In this document: positions 12,710 to 24,800 of the stretch, piece after piece
Layout of the letters: every line of letters begins with the position of its first letter
Numbering within the stretch: position 1 is the first letter of the stretch
Program-made: the position numbers and the translations under genes
DNA from: Octopus sinensis
Lineage: Eukaryota
Assembly (NCBI RefSeq): GCF_006345805.1
Contig: NC_043005.1
Location: 90,582,001 to 90,646,000 of the forward strand
Direction: 5' to 3'
Length of the DNA stretch: 64,000 nt
The notes under the pieces: model-generated
Told to the model about the DNA's origin: nothing
Databases searched by the model: none
The model's input: the letters and a program-made list of their open reading frames with translations, nothing else

Positions 12710-12776
12710 AAATCTTATAAAATCTTTTAGTGTTGATTGAGTTGAAGGTGGTTCTGTCTCTAAAACTACTCATATA

Positions 12777-12821
<45 letters not shown>

Positions 12822-13186
12822 TATATATGTATGTATGTATGTATATTTATGTGGGGATTTTGGCCGGCGGCTGTTGGTGCTACCACCTATGGTTGCTTTT
12901 GTAGTAAGAGATGGAGAGGAAGGGAGTTTGTTATTTGTTTCACTCATTTGATTGTAGCCACGCTGGGGCACCACCTTGAAGGGTTTTATTTGTTTCAGTC
13001 ATTTTGGAATGAACAATTTTAAACACTGTTGGATTTTTCTCCTAAGGTATTGGAATCTTACATATATACCATTCTGCCTAAAAAATGGATCTACAAATTC
13101 AATATCCCTACATATTTCACATCTATTTTCTTTCCTCCACCTCACTCTCTATTTTGTATCACATCTAAATTAACCATTACTTAACC

Positions 13187-13238
13187 ATCCTCGATGAAGG
13201 GATACAATTAATAAATATCCTGGAAACAGCTGTAAGAC
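13187..13238 (+). ncRNA. Degenerate hammerhead motif (palindromic stem III ACAGCUGU)
   Basis: (uc)GAUGA-a-GGGAUA...UAUCCU-g-GAAAC-AGCU-GUA-AGAC; 5' core and stem I are corrupted. Confidence 0.45.
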
Positions 13239-13974
13239 CTTCTATCTATAAATGTTCTAATATCTACATAGCCTTGGTTTTTTATCTCATTACACAAAAA
13301 ATTCTTATATATATACATACAAAGAGAGAGAGAGAGAGAGAGAGCAAGAGAGGGACATATATAGAGAGAAAGATAGGGAGAGAGAGTTAACAAGAAAGAG
13401 GGCAGAAACTGGCATGTTGCTGAAGAACACTGAGAGACAGAGAGAGTGTGTGGGAGAGAAAGAGCAGGAGAGAGTTGGCAATGAAGTGCACACTTGTGAG
13501 AAGTGGGAATCAGAGCATAGAGGGGGTGGTAGAGTGAGGAAGAGAGAGAGATAAATGGTGGTAGGTGGTGGCAGGGTATTGCCAAGAAGGTGCAAGTAGG
13601 GATTGGGAGTGGGGGATGCTGCAGCTGGTGAGAACCCAGTTATATTAGAGGGGGTGGGGAAAGCAATGATACAGTGAGTCAGGCAGTGGGGACAGGGTTG
13701 GGGAGTGGGAGATCTCATAGTTCATGAAGAGGAAATGCGAGGAAGAGAAGAGATAGTTTGGGAGAAATGTAATTTGGTTTGTTGGTGGGGTGGGAAAATG
13801 TTATTGTTACATGTGGGTGGAACACAGCGCTTCTAGAACTCAGGTTTGCTGACATGGGTGGGTCTTCTCCAGAACTTCATATTGCCAGACATCTCGGTCC
13901 ATTGTCGTTTCCTCTGTGAGCCCCAACATCCTGAGACTGGTCCTCACCACTTCATCCCGTGTCTTCCTGGGTTT

Positions 13975-14614
13975 CCCCTCTTCAGTTCATTTTTGGTGTT
14001 ACAAGGAGTTTTGTTGATCTCTTGCTCAACTGCACCCCACACATAACAATCAAGTGGGTTGCAGTCTGGGGAGTTAGGTGGCCAGATGTTAGGGGTGATA
14101 TGGTCGCAGAAATTGTCGCAGATAGCCATGACTGGGTTCTCCTGCTTGTGTGGCATGGTGCAGAGTCCTGTTGCTAGATATAGGGCCTTCTGGCAGCCAC
14201 CCTCGATCCAGGGCAGCACTAACTCCTCCAGGCACTTGATGTAGGCCTCTGGTTAAGCCTGAGACCGTGTGGGAAGATGAAGGTTAGTCCTAATGTAGCC
14301 GTCGCTAGGGATCACTTCAAACATCATGACGTTGACTGGATGTTTGATTTTCATCCCTCTTGGTACATGTCCTCAGATTGACACCTAAACACTCTGAAAT
14401 GTTCATATTGGAGCTTCCGGTGTGAATGCCAAGCAGTATAGCATGCTGCTTCCAAATTTCTGGCAGAGTGAATTGTGTTATGGTGCTGTTTTTCACACAG
14501 ACAGTGCCAAACTGACCCTACTAAACTGTGTAGTGAACAAAATCTAAAACAAATGATGCGCATGCACAAAATTAAAAATATAAAATGGTGGCAATTTACC
14601 CATCGCACCCTGTA
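13975..14614 (-). mobile_element. Tc1/mariner-superfamily (maT/DD37D-like) transposon fragment with one TIR
   Basis: TA|CAGGGTGCGATGGGTAAATTG terminus at 14614-14592; interrupted frames give QQDSAPCH...WPPNSPDCNPLD.YVWG; cut at ~13975 by an RTE 3' fragment. Confidence 0.8.
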
Positions 14615-14841
14615 TATATATCTTTTATCGTTTGTTTCAGTCATTAGACTGCGGTCATGCTGGGCACTGCCTTGAATTTTTTGGTTGAATGAACTGACCC
14701 CAGAATTTCTTTCTTAAGCCTGGTACTTATTCTATCAGTCCCTTTTGCTGAACTGCTAAATTACAAGAATGTAAACACACCAACACTGGTTGTCAAACTG
14801 TGATGGGGGACAAACACAGACATAAAGACACACATACATAG

Positions 14842-14874
<33 letters not shown>

Positions 14875-15273
14875 GGTGGGTAGGTGTGCATTGACAGCTC
14901 ATAGCTAGGTATGGTCATAAATATTGCCAAGATATATAAGTGTTTCGAGGAAAGTATGTTTTACATATATATATATATCTCATCGGTAAATCATTAATCC
15001 AAAAGAGAAGCACACCCTTAGTTACAGAGCAGTAGAGTATTTAAAGAACGTTAGTTATGGTTGGTTGAGGCCACTGGCCATTAAGGTCTGGCGAGACATG
15101 TGTAAAGCTAAGCGCTTTATAGATGAGAAATCCTGGGTAACCCTACGAACTGGTCATAACTAACATTCTCTAAATATAGGGAGAATTCACAAAAAAAAAG
15201 CAACAAAAGACGAAGACAGGTGGTGTAGACAACAAACAGATGTATTAGTATAACGCTTGGGAAGTGAAAAAGT

Positions 15274-15309
15274 CTTTAATGTTTTGAGCCTATGCTCTTC
15301 CTCAGAATG
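15274..15309 (-). ncRNA. Degenerate minimal hammerhead motif in a Penelope-like repeat (~15180-15345)
   Basis: CAUU-CUGAGGA-a-GAGC-auag-GCUC-AAAAC-AUU-AAAG; G12 and G16.2 changes are CpG-type transitions. Confidence 0.5.
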
Positions 15310-15559
15310 GAACACAGAAAGAAACAAGGAGAGAAAATAATGCGTAGAGGCTAGCGATCTTCTTTCATCACCTATGAACTTCTACTGGACTTTCTACACT
15401 TCAGCTGCACCTCTCCTGCCTATGGATTACACTGGACTCTCTGTTAATGAAAAATTCTCTAAATATATATATATATATAGTCGTAAGATGTACAGGAGCC
15501 ATAAAGACCTCAGATACATGGGAAAGGGATATCCTTAAATGTCCTGGTGGTTCTCTGGT

Positions 15560-16495
15560 AGTTAAAGAAAATTTTGAGTTACCTAGGTGACCCAATTAGC
15601 AGCAGAGGAGGTTGTACAGACAGTGTAACTGTTAGAATAAAAATAGAATGGAGAAAGTTCTGAGAGCTTTTACCTCTGTTGGCAACCAAAGGTCTTTCTT
15701 TCTGAGTGAAGGGAAGATTGTATGATGCATGTGTATGAACTGCGATGCTGCATGGGACTGAGATGTGGGCCCTGAATGTAGAGGATACATGAAAGCTGGA
15801 GAGGAACAAAGCTAGTGGTATGCTCTGCTAGATGTGTGATGTAAGTGTGCATGTGTGACAGAGCATTGGTCTGTTGAGAGAGAAATGAGGTGCATTGCTA
15901 TACTCAAGACCTGCCCAACACAACAAAATTATAAAGCACCCAGTAAACTCTGGTTGGCATTAGGAAGGGCATCTAACTATAGAAACCAAGCCAAAACAAA
16001 TTATGGAACCTGGTGTGGCCCTTGCCTTGCCAGTTCTTGGCATGTCGTCCAACCCATGCCAACATGGAAAACGGATGCTAAATGTTAATGATGATGATGA
16101 TATCGTGCCGGTGGCACGCAATAAGCACCATGCATGCATGGGTCGTTGTCAGTGCCGCCTGACTGGCTCCCCATGCTGGTGACACGTAAAAAGCACCATC
16201 CAAACATGGTCGATGCCAGCCTCTCTGCCCTGACTGGCTCCTGTATCAGTAGCACGTAAAAAGCACCATCCGAATGTGGTCGATGCTAGTGCTGCCTGAC
16301 TGGCTCCCGCGCTGGTAACATGTAAAAAGCACCCACTACACTCTCGGAGTGGTTGGCGTTAGGAAGGGCATGTAGCTATAGAAACACTGCTAAATCATAT
16401 TGGAGCCTGATGCGGCCTCCTGGCTTCCCAGTCCCCAGTCAGAACCGTCCAACCCATGCCAGCATCGAGAATGGACGTTAAACGATGATGATGAT
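15560..16495 (+). mobile_element. RTE ORF fragment followed by RTE-3'UTR-type SINE segments with a 67-bp unit array and (GAT)n tails
   Basis: LLPLLATKG...LYDACV..AMLHGTE.W homology at 15560-15870; tails at ~16090 and ~16490. Confidence 0.75.
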
Positions 16496-16799
16496 ATATA
16501 TATATATCGACGTATGTATCTTTATCTCTGACTTTGTCTCACACTCTCCACCGCTTGACAACCGACGTTGGTTTGTTTACGAACCCTTAACTTAGCGATT
16601 TGACAAAGGAGAGCCGATATCAGTACCAAACTGGAAAGTAAAAGCAAAAATTAGAACTGGGTCTTGAAACGCTACCTTAAACGCTACCTTAAACGCTACC
16701 TTAAAACCTCTTCAAAGCGGGGTCCCAGCATGGTCACGGTCGAATAATCGAAACAAGTAAACGGTTAAAGAAGAAAAGAAATTAAATGTTACAATAAAA

Positions 16800-16919
16800 T
16801 AAAACATATAAATCTTTCTCAGTCGCCCACACGATTTCAGCTTTTTTTTTGTCAAGGGCGAAAACTGCGTCTGTCAAGTGATCCGTTGTTATCTCCCTTG
16901 TCCTTCCTTAATTGCAAAC
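16800..16919 (+). promoter_or_regulatory. Probable VTA1 core promoter / 5' UTR
   Basis: Non-repetitive, relatively CpG-rich stretch directly upstream of the ATG; TSS not determinable from sequence. Confidence 0.5.
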
Positions 16920-17028
16920 ATGGCGAGCGGAGGTTCGCCAGCACTTCCACCGTGTTTCAAACCGATTCAACATTATTTAAAGATTGCCGAGGAACATAGT
17001 AAAAGGGATCAAGTTGTTTCATATTACT
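16920..17028 (+). CDS. VTA1: VTA1 coding exon 1 ([11 protein letters not shown]...VVSYY, phase 1)
   Basis: ATG at 16920 in context AAACATGG; donor GTAAGA at 17029. Confidence 0.95.
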
Positions 17029-17731
17029 GTAAGAATGTTATGTCATTTCATTCCTATACCGATATCCATTGTTCTTCCTGGTTGTCGTTGGTTTCTTTCT
17101 CACTTTGAACATTCCTCTTTTAAATACGTCATTTTTTAAAGACTCTTTCTTTTACCGGACTTCGTTCAGTTTGTTTACCTCGTTCGCTGCTTACCGTTTC
17201 AGTTCTTGCAAATGTCTTAATAATATCGATTTTATATATGTATATATATATAAAACTAGTATATATATTTATAGATAGATATATACAGAGATATATATGT
17301 GTGTGTGTATATATATAGATATTTGTGTGTGTATATATGTATGTGTGTATATATACGTGTGTATGCGTATATATATATATATAGATGTGTGTGTGTATAT
17401 ATATATGTATGTGTGTGTATATATATTTATATATATCGTGTGTGTATGTATGTATATATATATATATATCGTGTGTGTGTATGTATATATATATATATAT
17501 ATACCGGAGTAAACACATAAATGTGAAACAAGGTGGAAAAAAGAGTACTCAAATACCAGTGGTAGAGTAATATGCTTTATTTTAAGCAGCAGAAAATTCA
17601 ACAAAATCTGTTACTCTGAGTTTCTCGTTGCCGTTCATCAGACAGTTTTTGCTAGCAAAAACTGTCTGATGAACGGCAACGAGAAACTCAGAGTAACAGA
17701 TTTTGTTGAATTTTCTGCTGCTTAAAATAAA

Positions 17732-17775
<44 letters not shown>

Positions 17776-17789
17776 TGTGTGTATGTATA

Positions 17790-17828
<39 letters not shown>

Positions 17829-18780
17829 CATAGAATATCCATACACACTCATAACTTAATTATTTTGATAGGTTTCGGCATGATTAACTTAATAGCACCA
17901 CCTGATATGTATATATATATTAGCATTTTAACGTCCATTTTTCCATGCTTGCATGGGTAAGGCGGAATTCCAAGAAGCAGATTTTCTTCGGCCCGATGCC
18001 CTTCCTTTCGCCAACCTTCACCGTTTTCTAAGCAAAGTGGTATTTCGTTATGGCCAGACATATTTTCGTGGAAGACTGGAAACGAACGACACCGCTTGTA
18101 TGACGTTATCACTCGTTTTACATCTACCACACACACACACACACACGACGGGTTTCCATAGTTTCCACCTACCAAGGTTTTGGTTAGTCCGGTGCCATAG
18201 TAGAAGCTACTTGCTCAAGGTGCCATGCTGTGGTACTAAACTCGAAACCACACCATATACATACATACATACATGTATATAATCTAATAGTATCATATAT
18301 ATATATATATGTGTGTGTGTGTCTTTGTAACATTATCATGGGTGATAAATTCTTGTCTCTTTGTAGAATAAAGTCCTCAAATTTTATAATTTTTCTCTCG
18401 TAGAACCAGAAATTAAAACTTGGCAAAGATTCATCCGTTTCTCTCGCCTTAACTTAGATATATTTATATTATAATCCCTTGTAGAGAAACTCCGGAGTAT
18501 TGCACATGATAAGAAGCATCTAAGCTATAAAGTATTTTACAAATTGTGACTGCTTTGTATGGTTGACTGGAAATTCTTACACCACTTATTTTATGTATGT
18601 ACTAATGTATGTTTATGTGTGTGTGTATATATGTAGTAATGTAACAGTAGTAAAATATGTCTAATATATTTTGTCAATACGCTACTTGGAGCAGATAGAC
18701 CTGGACATTCCTGCTGAAATTGAAACTTAAGAGTCATCTGTCGACTTTGATAATGCACACACACACACACACACACACAC

Positions 18781-18838
<58 letters not shown>

Positions 18839-21800
18839 ATATATATATTCAAATGGGTTGTATATATATATGTGTGTGTTTGTGTGTATAAATATACATA
18901 GATACAATCACATACATACACACAGGTAAAGTTGACGGATCTATTCAAAAACAACGACGTCCGGTACAAAACGAGACTACAAAGAAACGATTTTCTGGAT
19001 TCCTGGAATGTCTATAAAAATGTTATAGTTTTCGTGTTTTATTGTTTGTAAAATATACCCTAACTGTATAATTAAATCAGTTTAATTAATCACAGGCTTC
19101 GAAATTTGCTCGTAAACTATTATGTAGACTATTTGTGTAGAATCCCCGAATGGCTACAAGATTATTAAAATGTAGTTTTATGTCTATAACATATACAACA
19201 GAACGGTAATCATCTCAGTTTAATTAATGCTAGTAATCATTTATGTAAAATGATGATTTATTTGTAAATTAGGTGAATTTTTTTATGTGGTATCTTCCGT
19301 TTTCTACCCGAAGGTTGTTGTTTACATAAAGCTTCGGCAAGTTCACACACGTACACACACACTGTGTGTGTGTGTGAGAGCGATTAATATTTTAAGTTCA
19401 GGATGTGAAAACTGTAAGCAAAACACACCTACACGTACACGAATTGTTTAGCACTCAACTCTACACTATTTTTATTTCTTGGGATAGAAAAGTCATTTTA
19501 TGTATAATAACAAACCGTCCCCTAATCAATAAATAGGGCACTGTCTACAGATTTGGTTGGCATGTGCCTACGAGTGTGTATAAAATTATTCATTCATTGT
19601 ATTACTGTACACACGTACATACATGTCTTTTACTCTTTTACTTGTTTCAGTCATTTGACTGCGGCCATGCTGGAGCACCGCCTTTTAGTCGAGCAAATCA
19701 ACCCAAGGACTTATTCTTTGTAAGCCCAGTACTTATTCTATCGGTCTCTTTTGCCGAAACGCTAAGTTACGGGGACGTAAACACACCAGCATCGGTTGTC
19801 AAGCAATGCTAGGGGGACAAACACAGACACACAAACACACACACATACATATATATATATACATATATACGACAGGCTTCTTTCAGTTTCCGTCTACCAA
19901 ATCCACTCACAAGGCATTGGTCGGCCCGGGGCTATAGCAGAAGACACTTGCCCAAGATGCCACGCAGTGGGACTGAACCCGGAACCATGTGGTTGGTTAG
20001 CAAGCTACTTACCACACAGCCACTCCTGCGCCTGTGTTGATGTTGGTGATTAAATTTCTCAGCAAACCTCATTAAACCATTAAACAGACCTAATGATCAC
20101 AGAAGCTTGAGCTCTGATTACCTTGTCTATCTATGACTACATTATTCAATGTGTCTGTCCGATTTGAGGGAGATTTGAGCATGTTGAGCGATCGTGTAAA
20201 GGAGCCCTCGTTGACCTGTGGCCTTTGTGATATTGTTGTTGACATTGTACTTCCCCATGATCAAACATTACTAATGCTTTTGTTATTGTTCAGTTCCAAA
20301 TCTGTCCTGATTGAGCGTTCTACCCTTAGCCACTATTGTTGCCAGATCTGCTCTGACCCTGAGTAGCTGCACCTGTTAGGGTCTCAGCCATAACATGCCA
20401 AAGGTGGAAGGTCACTCAGAGACACCCCAACTAACCCAGAGCAGACGAGGACCTTCAGCTCTTGAGCTGCTGATCTAAGAGAAGACATCTCACTTACAAA
20501 TCCTGCATCCTGATAGCTATTGGGCTTGTGAAGCAACTGGAAGTTTTCAGCTTTGACTATGTGTACAGGTGACCATAGGGTGATGGTTGTTTTTTTAGCT
20601 GTCTTACTGAACTCTCATTTATTGAAGCAATGACAAGAGTTGACAATATTATCAAATGTATCCTTTCCTTGAAGAAACTGTGGTGTGATTTGAGGGAAAT
20701 TTGTATCTTACAGGGCATGCTTCTGCTTAGAGGTCCTTCCTGCCCTCATTGGCTTGATAATATTTTTTATATTATGGCAAGCTGGTGTTTCAGTGTGGAC
20801 TAAAACCCTTAGCCGGATGGATTTGCTGGTCTTTGATTCACAGTTCAGACCTATTTTATTTGACTTAGTTGATAGTGCTCTTTCTCTCCATCTCATTTCC
20901 TATAAATTCAAAATTGTACACTCATTGTTGGTGAGCACAATGCTGGCTCAGATTGAACAAGGACTTACTGTATGATGAAAGACATTTCAGCCATGATGAT
21001 CCCAAATCATTTTGAAATATACTGTATCCAGGACGATGTTATCTAACATGTCCTTCTGTTTCTAAGACAGTAAGAATGTGATTTGAAGGAGATTTGGCTG
21101 CTAGTGATATCCTTGTCATTATTTAGGCCCTGGTCCTGATCACTGACTGAAATGGGTTACTGCTGTTCCTGTTTCAAGTACAACACTGATAATCTGGAAT
21201 CACTTATGATTTGTACTAATGTACAGGTACCTGTATTTCATTTGATTATTTAAATAAATTTAATATTCATTTAACTTAAGGCAGAATCGTTAGCACACCA
21301 GACAAAATACTTAGTGACATTTCGTCCATCTTTACATTCTGAGTTCAAATTCTGCCAAAGTCAACTTTGCCTTTTGTCCTTTTGGGGTCAATAAAATAAG
21401 TACCAATTGAACACAGGGGTTAATGTAATTGACTAGACTCCTCCCCTGAAATTACTGGCATTGTGCCAAAATTTGAAGCCTATCTTTGTTTACTTTAGAG
21501 AGTGTTGACCAAGGTGACACCCCCACTTTGGAAAGATCAGTAATTCCTATCATAGCACCTATGATATTAGGTATGATAAAAAAATATTTTTGATCTCCAG
21601 ATTACAGACCATGGTACCCTGTCAAAAACCTGCTCCAGATGGACAAATGCTAGGTATAGTGGTTTACTTTTAGCTCAGAAATTTTCTTGTAGTTTCTCAC
21701 TAGGAAATATCTCATCTTAGCACAAACCTGAAGTGTAGCTTCTCTTCCTGATATGTTGTACACTAAGTCTTTCTGTTACATTTGTACCTTAGTCCATCAG

Positions 21801-24800
21801 TTTGATGCCTCTGTAGTTGCTACTGTTTAGAGCAGGGCTTCTCAACCAGGGTCCACATGGCCCTTGGGGGAGGAGGCATAAAAGATTTTGCTGTTAAAAT
21901 TTATCTGCAATAAATGGGGTATACTTCTGTGGCATTCAAAATATTTTTAAGTTTTTAAAAATACAATTCCTAATGAATATTTTAATTATAAAAATGCAAT
22001 AGGATTTTTTAAACATTGAATGGCTAGGAAGGTCCATCTGAATAAAATTGGAGCCAAAAGGATCTGTATGCAAAAAATGGTTGAGAACCACTGCTGTAGA
22101 GCATCTCATTTTCCCTTGTAGTTTATGTTGATACTGTTACAACAATTTGCTGGACATGACACCTTCCTATACTACCTCATAGACAATGTGGATTCTTCAC
22201 ACAGCCTCTCTTTGATTGGATATCTTCTGGTGACTACTTCTGCTAATCCAGCTGCTTTCCTTGCCCTCGTATCCTTTAACTGCACTTTCAGTTACATTGC
22301 TTGTCAACTTTAATAATTGGTCCCCTCTAGTGGGACTGCAGTATTAATTACATGATGCGAGCCAATACTTTAGTGAAAATTTCCAAGAAATATTTGCCAC
22401 TGCCGAGTGGTAAAGAACTCTTTTCAGAACCTTTATTTGTGAGATGCGGTTTCAATCCATGGTTGATCTTTTTTCATTTAACTCCTTTCTCATTGTGACA
22501 TTCGACGTAGCTCATATAACGGTACTCTTTTCTCATTCTTTGGAGTTCTGCAGCTTAAGTGAAACTGAAGACCCTCTTTTCGGCAATATGATTGTGCCTC
22601 ATATTTTTGTATTTAATTTTTTTTTTTCTACTACAGGTCAGCTCTATGCCTTTCAAAAAGCAATGGGAATTGATAAGAAGTCTCCAGATTGCAGGGACTA
22701 TTTAATGATGCTGATGGATTCTCTAGAAATGGTATGTGGTGTTTCTTGTTTTATCAGCATCATTATCATCATCATCATCATCACCACCTGCACTACAACC
22801 ATCATCATTATCATTTTAATGTCCACTTTTCCGTGCTTGCATGGGTCTGGTAGAATTTGTTAAGGCAGATTTTCTATGGCCAGATGCTTACTCTGTTGCA
22901 AACCTTCACCTGTTTCTAAGAAAGGTAGTATTTCCCCATGGCTGGGCATGTTTTTACAGAAGATTGGCAATGAAGGACACTGCTTGTAGGATGGGGATCA
23001 CATGGAGTCAAGACAAGGAGGCACCCCCTCACATTCTCTCTGTCTTCCTCTCTCTTCCTCTCTCTCTCTCTCTCTCTCTCTCTTACACGCACATGCGTGT
23101 TCTTTTATTCTTTTACTTGTTTCAGTCATTTGGCTGCAGCCGTGCCTTTAGTCGAGCAAATTGACCCCCAGGACTTTGTAAGCCTAGTACTTATTCTATC
23201 AGTCTCTGTTGCTGAACCACTAAATGACAGGGCTGTAAACACACCAACATTGGTTGTCAAGCGATGGTGGGGGCACAAATACAGACACACACACACACAC
23301 AAACATATACATACATACATATGTATATATGTATGTGTATATATATATACGACAGACTCAATTTCTGTCTACCACTCACTAGGCTTTGGTTGGCCCAAGG
23401 CTCTAGTAGAAGACACATGCAGTGGGACTGAACCCGGAACCATGTGGTTGGTAAGCAAGCTACTTACCACACAGCCACTTCTGTGCCTGTCATAGGCTTC
23501 TTTCAGTTTCCATCCACTAAATCCGCTCACAAGACTTTGGTTGGCCTGGGGCTATATAGTAGACACTTGCCCAAGGTACCATGCTGTAGAAATGAACCTG
23601 AAGCCATGTGGTTGAGAAGCAAGCTTCTTAACCACACAGCCATGTCTTATTGTGTGAAATTCCCTTCTAATTTGTTATTTGGTCAGACAGTTTTTAATGT
23701 TAGTAGAATCAGCAGAGTACCAGACTAAATTAATTGTACTAATTTTGAACAAACAAGGAACTTCTATATAGTTGTTCAACTTACTAAAAATAGCAGCCTA
23801 ATCTCTCTCAAGTTATAATTATAAAAGAGGAAGGACTTATTGTAAAATGTAGTCTGTGATAGACTATATTTAGGGGAAAAAAATTGGATGGATTGCCATG
23901 GCTTTAATCCTAGGATTACTTTTTATTTGTTTGAGTCATTGGATTGTGGCCATGCTGGGGCACTGTCTTGAAGGGTTTAGTCAAACAAATTGATCCTGGG
24001 ACTTATTGTCATGTCTGGTACTTATTCTATTGATCTTTTTGGTTGATCTACTTAGCTACAGGGATGTAAACAAACCGTCTCTGGTTTTCAAGCAGTGAAG
24101 GTTAAAAATACAAACACACACACACGTAGATATATGTATGATAGGCTTCAGCACAGTTCCCATCTATCAAATTCTTTTACAAGACATTGGTTGGCACAGG
24201 GCTGTAATAGGAGATACTTGCCCAAGGTACTGTGCAGTGGGACTGAACCAGTGTGTTTGTTGACATTTGCACTCTACGAAAATAGTTGGCTATGTGCAAT
24301 GTTGCTGTAGTTGTCATTCTACCAAAAAAAAAAAAACCTCTGCTCACTTTTGAAACTGTGAAATAAAAGATCCTTTATTTAAAAAAACAGGTAATGGTTA
24401 ATGACTGGAAGACCATTTGGCTGTGAAACAATGTTTCTCTGATATAGTTGTCTAACCCATGCCAGCACTGGAAACTGGACATAAAGCAAACAAACAAAGG
24501 AACAAATAGCCAGGGCTTCATTTGTAATACCAGTGCTCTCAGCAACCCCACAACATACTGATATATTGAAGTTTATGTACTAAACATGAAATAGTTTTTG
24601 TTTCAGTTTAAAATTTCAAAGGATTTACAAACCAAGATCATTTTCTTAAATTAAAAATTGTAGTGATGTGTGGAATTAAACTTAAAAACAATTTATTTTT
24701 AAACTAAAATTATAACTGCAAGTTCAAATTGAAATTCAGGCTAATAAATATAGTTAAAAATCAGTAAGAATATCTTTATTGTACTTAAATATTTCAGTGG

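Larger units (their letters stand above)
17575..17732. repeat. Perfect 158-bp palindrome with no spacer (centre GCTAGC) in VTA1 intron 1
   Basis: Position p pairs with 35307-p throughout 17575-17732. Confidence 0.97.

Noticed and set aside
13688-13709. Canonical G-quadruplex motif GGGGACAGGGTTGGGGAGTGGG
   Set aside because: A real pattern, but it sits in a degenerate purine-rich repeat remnant >3 kb from the gene start, with no functional support.
16878-16919. N-terminal extension of VTA1 suggested by the ORF track
   Set aside because: It starts at GTG (prokaryote-style calling); family homology begins at the ATG at 16920.
17129-17604. Many 60-230 aa ORFs rich in Y/I/C/V/H/T (also at e.g. 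18591-18969, 26530-26979, 37152-37853)
   Set aside because: They are translations of (TA)n, (TG)n, (CA)n and (CACT)n microsatellites.
19960-20026. tRNA genes at SINE heads (A/B boxes)
   Set aside because: No complete cloverleaf; the heads continue into SINE bodies repeated many times in the window.
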